From Azolla caroliniana (Eukaryota; Plantae; Polypodiophyta), in the NCBI GenBank assembly GCA_043228905.1, contig JBHGNT010000020.1:8432001-8496000 (forward strand): 64,000 nt of DNA, read 5' to 3'. Shown one piece after another: positions 1 to 12,500 of the stretch. Under the pieces are notes generated by a model, which saw only the letters and a list, made by a program, of their open reading frames with translations, did no database searches and was not told the DNA's origin. Position numbers and translations under genes: made by a program. Positions within the stretch are counted from its first letter, which is position 1; each line of letters starts with the position of its first letter.

Positions 1-81
1 GCTCCAAGGCAGAGGCTCTGAAGATGATGCTTGCAGACGTAATGATGGAGACTGGGTTGATTCATAGTTACAGCAGATTAG

Positions 82-118
<37 letters not shown>

Positions 119-3100
119 GGATGATGAGGGTTACATGGGCCGTCTGAAGCGCTCCGTTTTGTCAGAATTATGGGCAGCTGTGGACTACGATTCACGGCAT
201 CACCACGCTTACTGTGAAGTGAGCACCTTCACTACTATCTACTATCTACTATCTACTACTGCTCCTACTACACACATACATATGCAATTAATGGGGTTGT
301 TTCGATTTTGTTATCTGCTACTGCAGGTTCTGATAGCCAAATCTCAAGAGGAGGAAGAGGAGGAGGAAGGGTTGCCTTGCCTGGTGTATATGTCCCGAGA
401 GAAGAGCCTTCAACGCAAGCACCACTATAAAGCCGGCAACATGAATGCGCTGGTCTTCAATCTCTCTCTCTCTCTCTCTTCCTCTCTGTGTGAATAATCT
501 TAACCTCAATCAATTACAATCGCATTTTACTTGTTTATGTAAGATGTCATCAATCCAATCCAATCCATCCTGCTAATCCATGTGCTGCACGTTACATATG
601 ACATAACATATTAACCAGATTCGTGTGTCCGGCATCTTTACAAACGCACCCTTCATCCTGAATCTTGATTGTGATACATACGCCATCGATGGCAAAGCGC
701 TCCTACAAGCCATGTGCTTCTTCATGGATTCCGCCATTAATCCTCAGCTAGGTTTCGTCCAGTTCCCCCAGATTTTTGAAGGGATGGATGGCGATAACAC
801 GTTTGTCGCCGTTCTCGAGGTACTCAAATTTTGATCACTTGCATAATATCAACAGTACATTCACTTTTGGCGATTATTTCTCCAATCACTTACATTCTTT
901 TTTCGCATAGATAATGGAGAAACGTATAATTATATATATAGATATGTATATGATATATCGATGAAAAGAATACACCTTTTATGACGTGTCAATGACGAGA
1001 ATTGAAATGCGTGGAATCCCAATCAATCCAAGAAACAATGACCGTCCACAAATAATTAGAAGATTTGATGGGCAAGCTGACATTAAGTAATCGGAAATAA
1101 TAAAAAATAGCAACCAAACACATAAAGAGTTTTATGTGGACACTGGAAACCCCAATCTGGTGAAAAAACCACAAGACACTTTAGGGTACCAAAACTTCCA
1201 CTATAACTCAGTTTACAAGTGGGTACAACCTTGTCAACAATCTTCATCCAACAAGAAGAAGAGCAAGAGATATGAATAAGTAGAACTTTAACTTTGAGGA
1301 TAGGAAACCACGATCCAACTGTTGGATATGAGATTCTTGATGGTAAAAATAACCCCTTAGAATTTCAGTCCAATCGGAGCAGATCAAATTCTAGAGCCAC
1401 AACATCAAATTCTTCTCTTTTTGTTTTGCAGCTCTCTAGAAAGCCACTTTTCTTCACTTAAATATAAGGGCCTTTCTAGATAAGACATCCTTTAATTGGG
1501 TATGGTTCAGGCGTACCAAATATCATTACGACTTCTTCTCCCATGAGGAAGGAAAACACAGCAAGAATGTTTGAACCCGGATTTAAGGAGAAACAAAAAA
1601 AAAAACCAAAAACATTAGAACTATGGAAAGGTGTTGTGCACATCCAAATATTCATGACCCCACAAACACATATGGTATGCTAGCTTGGAAGTGGCATGAT
1701 TCGAATTGCCCACTCAAGAGCTCCTTCACATGGAGGACACACTTAAGCAACATGTGCAAATTCTTACTATCTCAAAACAAGTGTGAGATAGATTAGAGGC
1801 AAACTACTTGCCTACAAAGACAATGGTTCATATGGCTCTACAACGTATAGCCATTGGCTATACTCAACTCAAAAATCCAACTATCACTTTTCATAGAGAG
1901 TATCTTCGGTAAGCTTTGTAACTCCCTTTTTTCATAATCCCTCCAACCCTAGTCCACATGGATGTATGTGGCCGCTTATCAACTCAACCCCTATCCTGAA
2001 ATATATATTGTTAACGTTCGTATATTGATGTATTTCACTCATTTCACGATTGTCACTTTTGACCAAGTCTTTGAAAATCGAAGGCCTAATCTTAAACGTG
2101 CAACCACTCAACAAAATATATCCTTCAAAGAACTTAAACCAAAAGTGCCAAAATAATTGAAATTGTTGTCAAAATCACATAGTTTGTACCACATTTGTTA
2201 GGTATAGCAACCTCATGTCAAAATCACATAGTTTGTACCACATTTGTAGCTCATGGCAACAAGGATTATTGATTATATGACCCAAAAGTTGATCTATTTA
2301 CATTTAGTCCACGAATAAAATTGGTAGGAAGGATGTCAAAGCAATTAAAGAAGGGGGTGCACATGTCTCCTTTCCCACTAATGAACAATGTGTGGAAAAT
2401 ACTAACAATTATGACATTTCGCCATCATCTAATTCACTTAGCCATATACCTGTAATTACTAAGAAAGTTCAATTTGTACATGTGCACCAACAGAATTCGA
2501 TTTTATTATTGCATATCATAACTACGAAATTTAGTATCGCATTCTCAAACATTGCTTGATGGCATATTTGGACGTTATAAACATTGATTTTTGGTGAATG
2601 GTTTCCCTCCGGTCGAAGGGCTTCACTATTTTGATACATTTTCACATGTCTTCCATATGGCATCATTCCTACTTTTGGCTCCGCCACCATTTGGATGTAC
2701 AAACAATATTCCTACATGGTGACCTACTAGGATAAATCTACATTTCCCCATCTACTCAATTGGGTTTCTTGTGAAATTTAGGATTATCAAAATTTAACTC
2801 ATAAGCAAGGCTCATCACACCCAATGAGGACTATCGTAGGGTTTTTTATTTTACTTATCATTCGAGAGTTGTGATGAGCCAGCAATGTTGACGACCGTTG
2901 TGTGTGTGCGCTAATGATGTCATAGGTGCTTTTCAAGGGATGGGATGGTGCCCAAGGTCCACTATATAGTGGGACTTCTTGTGTACATAAGAGAGAGGGC
3001 TTGTATGGGAAGACACCGGATGGTATCTGTGTCAACAGTACGTTATAAACTCATCTTTCTCACTACCTGAAGATTCATTCGGCTTGTAATAATATAAGAA

Positions 3101-4606
3101 TTACTTGATGGATAAATTAGCTTGGCCCTCAATGTAGGTCTGGAAAGCAAAGACCTGGGACCCTCTGCACAATTCATCAGTTGTGCTGAAAGGATATTAT
3201 CGACAAACCTGAGTAATGATGGCAAGAACCATGGTGTCCTAAAAGGAGACCCTTTTGTAGAGGAGGCAATTGAGTTGCTTGGCTGTAGATATGAAGATGG
3301 AACCAATTGGGGCAAAGGGGTAAGTGGGAATCATATAACATGTACAATATGATGAATAGACGATGAATGTAGTGTTTAGACCCGTGAATTTTTGGTGTTG
3401 AAATCTGGACAATCTATAGGTTGGATTACTTTATGGATCTGTAACAGAGGATGCGCTCACTGGTCTCAAACTACATGGGATGGGATGGAAATCGGTATTG
3501 TGCTCACCCAAAGATCCCGCATTCTTGGGTGGTTTACCATTATCGATGGAGGAAGTGTTAAAAACCAGAAAGCGGTGGTCGACAGGATTCTTGGAGATGA
3601 TGGTGGGCACCAATTCTCCCATCTCGTTTACACGCTTGCCCAAACTCAGCATCATTCAAAGGCTCAATTACATCTGCTTAAGCAATTCCATTGCAGTGGC
3701 CATCCCGTTAGCGACATATGCACTACTGCCCTGCACATCATTGTTGATCGGGAGGCCTTTATTCCCAAAGGTAGGTAAATTCCATTTTCTACTCATAATG
3801 TAGTATTTTATTGGCTCATATGAGTAGTAGGATGTTTTGGTCTTTCTTTCACATGCATTTCCATGACAAATGTGATCTAGACCTCACAACGCACGAACAG
3901 AAAAATCTGAGTAGAGAATTTTTACAAATTCCAAATGGATAATGAACAGATGGAAGAGAATCCCATGTGGCTTTTGTTGGGGTTAGCTGCATTTGTTGGT
4001 GCCTATGGCTGCACATATGTGGAATGCATGATCATGGGGGTGAGCCTACAGGCATGGTGGATGGGGGAGAAGATGGAGGCACTCACAGCCACATCCTCCT
4101 GTCTCGTTGGGGCCTACGATGTGCTTAAGAAACTCATGGGAATCTCAGACATCAAGTTCGAAGTAACGTCCAAAGACAAATTAGTGAAGGAAGAAGACAC
4201 GACGAAGACGAAGCGAGAAGAAGCAGAAGCAGAAGCAGCGGTGAGCGGTGGGGTTGTTGTGAACAGCAAATTGAAGCTATTTGTGCCTCCGACGGTTATC
4301 GTTATGCTGAACCTTGCGGCCCTCTCGCAGTTTCTGCTCTCCTCTCTGCTCAACCCATCGCTGTGGTCCACTTCATCCGCCATGGCGAGCAGCAGGAGAA
4401 GGAGGGTTGATGCGGTGATGAAGGTGGAGGCGTGGTGCTGCGCATGGGTCCTGCTTCTCCTGCATCCCATCGTGAAGGGCCTGTTTCTGTGGTGCAGGGG
4501 ACACCGAAGATCGCCTCTCGCACTTCACTCCTCCATCGTCTTCCTCTCCTCCTCCTGCTCTTTCATCGCTTTCGGCTTCATCAGCCTCATGATGGGGAAA
4601 CTTTGA
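1..4606 (+). CDS. Cellulose synthase-like (CslB/E/G-clade) GT2 gene, 3' part; exons <1-218, 327-452, 619-819, 2926-3022, 3138-3319, 3420-3770, 3950-4606
   Basis: GT..AG introns join the exons in frame. Motifs LPCLVYMSREK, HHYKAGNMNAL, TNAPFILNLDCD, FVQFPQ, QGPLYSGT, YGSVTED, TRKRW (QxxRW position), FEVTSK and C-terminal TM helices; stop TGA at 4604-4606. The 5' exons lie outside the window. Confidence 0.9.
82..118 (+). repeat. (AAT)n microsatellite inside a Csl exon, encoding poly-Asn
   Basis: gataataataat... in frame, reading DNNNNNNNNNNNK. Confidence 0.9.
987..1500 (-). mobile_element. Possible degenerate solo-LTR in the long (820-2925) Csl intron; boundaries uncertain
   Basis: Starts TGTCA and contains ttttatgtgg...gaaacccc...aaaaaaccacaag, resembling the reverse-strand LTR motif at 5020 and 47636. 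No TSD found. Confidence 0.3.
2168..2247 (+). repeat. Near-tandem direct repeat (~31 bp x2)
   Basis: gtcaaaatcacatagtttgtaccacatttgt at 2168 and 2217. Confidence 0.85.
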
Positions 4607-4946
4607 AGGCTCCGTAGCCGTCTGTTGGCACCATTCTACTCCTTCTGCTCATCCACTCCATTCCATTCCTTCGTCTGCTCATCCAATCAACCGCGATCCA
4701 TTCCATTCCATTCTTTCTTCTTTCTTTTGCTCATCCAATCCAATCCATTTCATTTTATTGCCCTTCTTCCGCTCGGCTGGATGATGGCAGTTGTGGTGGA
4801 TTTGTCACTTAATTGTCAGGAATCATGATACTTTCCTCCTCCTCAATTAGGACAAAGTTCTTTTGATAATGTTTGTATGTCCACCATTGATGACAAATGT
4901 AGTGTGATCACTATATTGTATTGTATTATATTGTATCTATGCATTA

Positions 4947-6275
4947 TGTTAGGAATATGGGACTGAATCAGCATGCCTCCAACACAATTAACAATAGATG
5001 AAACCACAAGACAGAAAATTTTAACGTGGAATACCCAAAATAGGGAATACCGTAGGTTCCAAACAACTTTACTATGATCTGAGTACAACCGAATACAACC
5101 TCTAGAGTTTGACTAGAAGAACATACAAACCTCAAGGCAACAGCCTTGGCTACACAATAATGAGTACAACTGAGTACGGACTCTCAAGGTTTTGACTTGA
5201 GATAATGTACTAGCCTCAACTCAACAACCTTGACTACAATCTTCACCCGATTGGGTGGATAAACCAACAAAAAGTAGAAAATATAAGAAAAGAAGAAAAA
5301 CATAGAACGAAGGAACCTGACACGGATGGTTATGAGAGGTGTTGCACAATTGTGAATCGTGAGTTCCTTACGTCACGTCACGAACATTCCCTCATGGATC
5401 TCTATCTTCTCTTCAGCAAAGCACTCTCTCTTGCTCTCGTACTCGGGTATTGTGTCTCTTCGGTTGTTGTTTTTCTCCTTTGTAGTCTTCTCACTTATCT
5501 GTTTTCTTAGTGTCTGCTGTTGTCTCTCTTGTGGTGTCTCTGTACTCATAGTTATCTTTGTTTTTCTCTTGCTTTTGGTGTCTCAATCTCTCAATCTCTA
5601 TGTTCTGTTTTTTAGCATTGCTCTCTCTTTTCTTATACGCTGGTTTTTTTGTTCTATGTCACGCTGTTTTTGTGTCTACACCGTTTTCTTTAGCCTCGTA
5701 GAGTAACGTTTCTTTTTCATATCTACATTCACACCTAAACATACAAAAAAGACACATACCAAAAACAACATACTAAAAACATACATACATACATACATAC
5801 ATACATAACATACATATATATATCCCACATACATAGTATATGTATATATTTGTAAATAGGTCTAAATATTACTTTTAGTTCTGCCAAATCTGAATCGGCT
5901 CTCAATTGATTCAGCTGATTCAGCTGACTCGCTCTCAACTCACTATCGGCCCTATTCGGTTATAGGCCTTTAGCCGACTCTCAATCGGCTCTTTGGCCTC
6001 AACTGACTCTCAATCGGCCGACCCTCGACTGCCGACTCTCACCTCTCAGTCGCCTATCAGTTGACTCTCGGTTGCTTGCAGACTCACGGTTGTTTGTCGT
6101 TTGTTGGCTCTCGGGCATCTGCCGGTTGTGTGCTCCATTTCTCCCAATAGGTTTGCCTTTCGTTTGCAAACTTCAAACTTCTCTAAAGCATTCTATTTCT
6201 CTCCTATCTAAGAACATCACATAATCATGTGGAGATCATCTTCATCTCATAGACCTCAGCTCTTCCACCTCCGGT
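4947..6275 (-). mobile_element. Copia M' remnant: 3' LTR (~4947-6149) plus a short internal stub (6150-6275)
   Basis: 4947-5530 aligns with the LTR at 47538-48166/53661-53724; 6150-6275 is near-identical to 36130-36249 + 45573-45579. Confidence 0.7.
5779..5850. repeat. (TACA)n/(TA)n microsatellite
   Basis: acatacatacatacatac...tatatata. Confidence 0.8.
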
Positions 6276-6321
6276 AAAATTTTTCTTTTTAAATTTTATT
6301 TATTTATTACCATGTGGAGAT

Positions 6322-6583
6322 CATTCCATTCTTTCTTCTGCTCATCCAATCCAATCCAATCCAATCCAATCCATTCCATTCCATTTCATTCCATAGATGA
6401 TAGATAGCCCTTCTTCCGCTCTGCCTGCTCGATGATGGCAGTTGTGGTGGCTCTTCCAAAATTCTGATCCAAATAATTTAATTCCCAGTGCCTCACTTAA
6501 TTATGTGGATACTTTCCTCCTCCTTAATTTAGGACAAACATCTTTTGATTATGTATGTGTGTGTCCACCATTGTGTAGTGTGA
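6322..6583 (+). repeat. Diverged duplicate of the Csl 3' UTR (~4704-4908)
   Basis: Shared ordered blocks gcccttcttccgctc, gatgatggcagttgtggtgg, cacttaatt, gatactttcctcctcct, aggacaaa, tgtccaccattg, tgtagtgtgat. Confidence 0.8.
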
Positions 6584-8310
6584 TGTTGGCTATTGGGTCA
6601 CATAATATTTAGTTCTTTATCTCGACTATACATTGTTGGGATAGGCAGAGATTTGTCCATGGTTTATGTATTGGTAAAACACCCTATTCAAGCAACTCAA
6701 TATGAAACACAATGGAATTGATCCAATGAACCGATTCGATTCTTAGGGGTTGCTTTGTCTGGGATCCTAAGCTTCTATTCGAGCTGGATCCAAATATTCA
6801 TTCCCCACATCGTTGTTTGTTGGCGAAGCAATAACTTGTGCGTAGCCATTATGTCCCTTATCGTATGAGAAGGGAGTACATTTAGTACCTTTTCTTACCG
6901 TTGTGTTCATGGCCTTCAAAGTTATATTCATCAAATAGTATCAGAGCCAATTACTCATAAAAAACCTGAGCATTATCTTCTGAGCCACATATCTCTAAAC
7001 CTCTAGTCAAGATCATGCACACACAGAGTTATCCACTATCAATATGACTACATATCATAATGTTTTAGCTAAATTAACTAAGAAGAATTATAAAAACTAG
7101 AAGTCGACAATAGAATTGGTGGTTGGATATCGAAGGGCTTTTTAAAGTTGTGGATGGCACCTTGCAAGAACGAATAGCCAAAACCTCAGAAGAATGGAAA
7201 ACATGGAAGGCTCAGGATAAAGGGGCACACTTGGAAATCCCACTATCTGTAGACAACAAGCAAGTACATATTATGTGGAGACTCGCCATGATTGTTTCAA
7301 TGTGGGCAAAGCTCAAAGAGTTGTACGAGCGACCCACGTGATGGTACGATTAAGTTACATACATTAAGTGAATTATTCAATATGTGTCTGTCGCAGGAAG
7401 AGAAAGATGTTTCTACCTTCCAAGCTATTTGGGAGGAAACCATGGATGATGTTATAATCTATTACAGTCAGCAACCTCCTCCCATAAGATATAAAGACAG
7501 GCTTGATACAACACAAACATCTTGGGTCGTGGGGAACATTCACTAACATGAATATCAACATTAAATCACCTTTAGAGTTACTCACAAGGATTCATCATGA
7601 GGACATTTGATGACAAAAGCTAGTTGCAAATCAGCCAATGGCCATGGTTGCTTTAGTCAATAGACATCAACTATATGAAATAGTAAAAATCGACAAAAAC
7701 ATAAATCTTGGAAAGGTAGAGCCCTTGAGTCAAACAAATTAAGTAACAAAAATGATGGATAGAGAAGTTATACACATGGCACTCAACAAAGTGGAAGTTT
7801 CAATGTGACATATAGGTATTGTAAACGGAATGGGCATACAAAAAGAGTGTGTCTATTCAAGCAACCTTATCTAAATACGGCAAGCCGGCCACAAAGCACA
7901 CAATGTACAAATCCAAGAAGCTAATATTGATAAATCTCAATATATACCTTGGATAATGGAGAAGATCAAAATGAAAAAGTATACATCCAAGCATATCAGT
8001 TCAATATCGATGAACAAGGAAAGAAACAAGGTCATGATACCTAGTTTCTCGATATGTGTGTTACACACCATCTTACATATAAGAAGGATTGGCTAGACGA
8101 GTATAAAAAATTGTCAACCCCATTGTGGGTGGTATTTGGAGTCGATGGACAAAAACTAGATGTAGGGAAAGGTAACATTCGTTTGATAATGGCAAATGAT
8201 CATCACATAAAAATTATAGATGTATATTATGTACTTGGAGTGGCAAAGCACTTGTTGTTGGTTGGATAAGTACAAACAATGGGCTAACTATCGAATTCAC
8301 TCAAAATCAG
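6581..8310 (+). mobile_element. Degenerate Ty1/Copia L: 5' LTR 6581-6933, PBS 6936-6948, gag-protease pseudogene, 3'-truncated
   Basis: TGATG..CATCA termini; tagtatcagagcc (Met-i PBS with one change); gag-like KLTKKNY, zinc knuckle near 7820, protease-like (W)FLDMCVTHH with many stops and frameshifts. Confidence 0.75.
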
Positions 8311-9590
8311 TGTCGTGTTGCCAATCACACGATGGGAAACCACCTCCAAAGCAAGTATTTTAAATGATATTTTCATAGAAGGGCAAAGAGTGGGTTCCAA
8401 ACTTAACACCTTTCTTCCTCAAAGGAATGCAAATATTACTACTAGGAAAACTATTTTATTTCTTAAATATATAGCCAACCTAATCTATTAGAGACATGAA
8501 CTAATGTAAGCATAAAATAAGGATAAAAGATAGATCTAGATAGAAAGGAGAGACAGAAAGAAGGGTGCTGATCCACCCGACCACCCCCGAGCGAAGGGAT
8601 CGAGACGGACTCCAGCCTCGATCGGCGTCCCATACCACTACCGTGGCGTCGAGTTGTACCTAGTGCTGGCACGCTCGCTACAAGAGTTGACCCACCACAA
8701 GACAGAGTCTCGACGTAGTCAACAAGATGATGAAATGAGGGTAACTAGGCCTCTTATTTATAGCGATACCCAAGGCCCTCAGGCAAGTTCACACTTGGCC
8801 TATTGGGTTGTCTTAATCCCGAGGATTAAAAGTAATCCTCCCCTTCTTTATGCTCTCATTTAACCTTCACACTTATCCACGTGGCTAGAATACTACGGTA
8901 ACTTCTGACCACGGGATATTATATGGTCATGCCCGTAACATACTCCCCCTCTTTAAAACATTGCACTCTTGCAATGGAAAGTTAGGGAACTTAGTTCTGA
9001 GAGTATTTTTGCGTAATTTTCCATGTGGCATCTTTTATTGATTTATCCATCCATTTTATTTTCAATTCTCGGATTTCTTTAGTACGTAATTTTTTTGTTT
9101 TAACATTGACAATTCTTTCTAGTACATGTGGTTTAGAAGATAATTCTTCAGAAGTAACTAGAGTTTTAGTTGTAAATATATTGTCGCCAGAACCTAGAAG
9201 TTCTTTTATACGACTCACATGAAAAACTAGAGGAATTTCAACACCATCGGGAAGAGCGAGACGATAGGCTGATGACCCAATGCGTTTGAGGACTGTAAAA
9301 GGTCCACAAAACCGTGGGGCTAGCTTAGCGCACTTACCCTTAGACAATGTCTTAGAATTGTGAGGTACACGTAAAAATACCTTTTGTCCAAGGTTCAATA
9401 CACGAGGTTGCCTATGATGATCGGCATAAAAACGCGGTCTATCTGGAGTTGTTTTTATATTATGTCATGCAATATGCAAAATATCTTGCATATCCCGAAG
9501 AAAGTTTTGCGTACTTTGCAACTCATCATGATGTATATTAACATCAATCGGGGCTCGTGGCTGAAAACCATACATCAACATAAAAGTTAT
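8311..9590 (-). mobile_element. Chromovirus fragment K: integrase C-terminus plus chromodomain, PPT (~8941-8952), 3' LTR (~8311-8940)
   Basis: ORF 8991-9398(-) KLAPRFCGPF..AYRLALP..VFHVS..IKW..DATW; gagggggagta precedes TGTTA on the minus strand. The left LTR end is approximate. Confidence 0.75.
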
Positions 9591-12500
9591 TGATCGGGTC
9601 TTAGAAATGGACAAGACTAGCTCCTTCTTGTCGATGGGGATGTTACACCGGGCACTCCCGAAGGAGGAAGACATGAGGTTCCTACAGGCCTTACAATGCA
9701 CAACATGCCTAAATTCGGGCCACTCAACGGTAGACTGCACCCTGCGGACACAATGTATGATCTGCAACTCTCGAGCCCATACAACGGACCGATGCGAATA
9801 TAACCTGTTAAATCGGCAGGCAGCACCGGTTCGACACATAGAACCGCACAATCAGAACCCGGATGAGGATCGATTCCGGAGAGACGACCGCTACCAATGC
9901 GAACGCGGTAACAGATACGCTGATAGAAGACGCGATAACTATGACCGAGAGGAGAAACGCAGAGATAGCTACCCCCGGGACCGGTACGACCGAGACGAAT
10001 CCCCGGAATACGAACGACGCAGAGAAGAGAGGCGACAAGGGAACCGAAATTTCCGACGGAATTAGAAGCGTGGATTTTTCCGAAGAGAGGAACGTCGGGA
10101 GGCAACAAGGAATGACAACCCGGTATCGGTACCGGATAACCGAAAAACCGAAGACGACCGCCGAAGTATACCCACCCTCCAAACCGGGGACAAAGGAGAA
10201 ACGAGCAACAGTCACAAGGTGTACTGTTATTACTGCCCTAAGGAGGGCCATTATAGTAACCAATGCCCAAGCAAAACCAATGACAAGCAGCCGGCAGTCA
10301 ACATGGTTACAGCCGAAATAACAGAAGTACAGCAGGTCACAACCCGGTCAAAGGGAAAGACCGCCGAGTGGGAAGCCCAGGAGGCAATCAGAAAACAAGC
10401 GGCGCAATGGATCAAGGAGGCCAATGAACAGAATGCGGCAGAAGTAAGAGACCAAAATATGCCAAAAGACGAAGAAATCATACAGCCAGGAGAAAACCCG
10501 ACGTGGCAAGCGCTATAGGACTATCAAATCGTGTTGCCGTTAGCACGGCTACTACAGTTGGTGCCACGGTTTACGGCAGACTTACAGGCATCCGTGAGCA
10601 AACAGAAGCCGACGCCAGCACCGGCATTCTTCTCCAACCCGGAGGAAGGACTAGCTGTGGTCGATACAAGTAGCCCGGCGATCACGGCAATCGTGAAAGG
10701 AAAGGAAATTGCTGGAACGATTATTGATGGAGGCTCCGGGGTAAATGTCATCAGCCAACAGACATGCGACAACCTGGGCATCCGGGAATGGGAACCATGC
10801 CCCTTTTGGTTACGCATGGCGAATACCAGCTCAGTCCGACCGACCGGGCTTATCAAGGATTTGGAAGTAACGATCGGAGGCCACGTATTCCGGATATCGG
10901 CCGTGGTGTTGCAACTGAATGTACAAGGCGCGTACCCCCTACTGCTAGGATGACCATGGCTGCGAACGGCGCATATCAAGCAGAACTGGCAAAAGAACAT
11001 GATCACATTCCGGCGAGGGAAAACAAAGGTACGAGTAACGACGCAACCACGGGTGATCGCCAGTAAGGAAGCAACTCCATTGTATGCGGAAAGCATCAAC
11101 ATGTTGGAGGGATTACCGGACGAGGAAGTCGATCGGTACCTCGAGGAACACCCACGAATCGTCCCACTATTTGAGGTGGATATCACGGCGGCAGTAGAAC
11201 CGTACATCACGACGCCGGACGAACCGGACCAAGCGGCGATCCGGGAACTGCGACAAGCGCAGGAATCCCTAGAGAGGGAAATGACGATATCCCAGAGGGT
11301 AAAAGCATCCCAACTAGAGGAGGTGGACCTCGGCACAACAGACAAGCCCCGACCGGTAAATGTCGCAAAGGAATTGCCGAAGGAAGAAAAGAAGGCAATG
11401 GTAGCATTATTAACAGACTTCAAGGATGTGTTCGCGTGGTCGTACGAAGACATGCGAGGGTTGGACCCCCAACTCTATCAACACCAAATTCACCTAAGTA
11501 CGGACGCGAAACCGATCGCTCAACGCATGTACCGGATGAATCCGAATTATGCGGCGAAGGTGAAGGAGGAGATTGATAAGCTCCTCCGGGTCGGATTTAT
11601 CTGACCGGTCAAGCAGGCAACCTGGCTGAGTCCGATAGTGGTGGTCCCGAAAAAGAATGGCAAAATCCGGGTATACGTGGACTACCGGAAACTAAATGCC
11701 GCAACAGTGACCAATGCGTTTCCACTACCATTTACGGACGGGGTGTTAGATGCGGTAGCCGGCCACGAAGTTTACAGTTTCCTGGATGGATTTAGCGGTT
11801 ACAACCAAATACGAATGAACTTGGCCGACCAGGAGAAGACAACGTTCGTTACGGAATGGGGAGTGTTCGTCGCGGTCGTGATGATGTTCGGACTAAAGAC
11901 GGCCCCAACGACCTTTCAAAGGATAATAATGGAAATTTTCGTGGAATATATCCCCGGTTTTATGTAGGTCTTCCTTGACGATTTCGCGGTCTACAGCCGG
12001 CACGGAGAGCATCTCGATCACCTCCGACTGTGCTTGGAGAAGTGCCGGGAGTACCAGTTGAGTCTGAACCCGGCCAAATGCGTCTTTGGAGTGGCAAGCG
12101 GCAACTTACTAGGGCACCTGGTGAGTAAGGAAGGAATCGCGGTAGATCCGGATAAAGTAAAGGCGATTCTCGAGGCACCAGCACCAAATAACGCAAAGGC
12201 TTTAAGCCGGTTCCTGGGCCAAATAAGGTGGCATAGCCGGATGATATGGCACCTCGCAGACTTCGCTACACCATTGCATACCGCCGTACACAGGGTACCC
12301 TTCCTATGGGCGGAGACGGAGGAGAAAGCCTACCAAGCGTTGAAGGTTATGCTGTCGCAAGCTCTGGTGGTGCAACCGCCGGATTGGAGTAAAAGCTTTC
12401 ACGTCTTCGTCGACGCATCGGACGTAGCAATCGGCAGCGTTCTGAAGCAACTCACGGAGCCGAAATGGTACCGGCCGGTGTACTATGCAAGCCGGAAACT

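Noticed and set aside
5359-5706. Hydrophobic 115-aa ORF as a membrane protein
   Set aside because: It is a by-product of a CT-rich LTR strand and has no ATG start.
10524-11453. Long antisense ORFs over gag-pol (also 16739-17314, 22210-22848, 32543-33118)
   Set aside because: Shadow frames of GC-rich coding sequence with no recognisable motifs.
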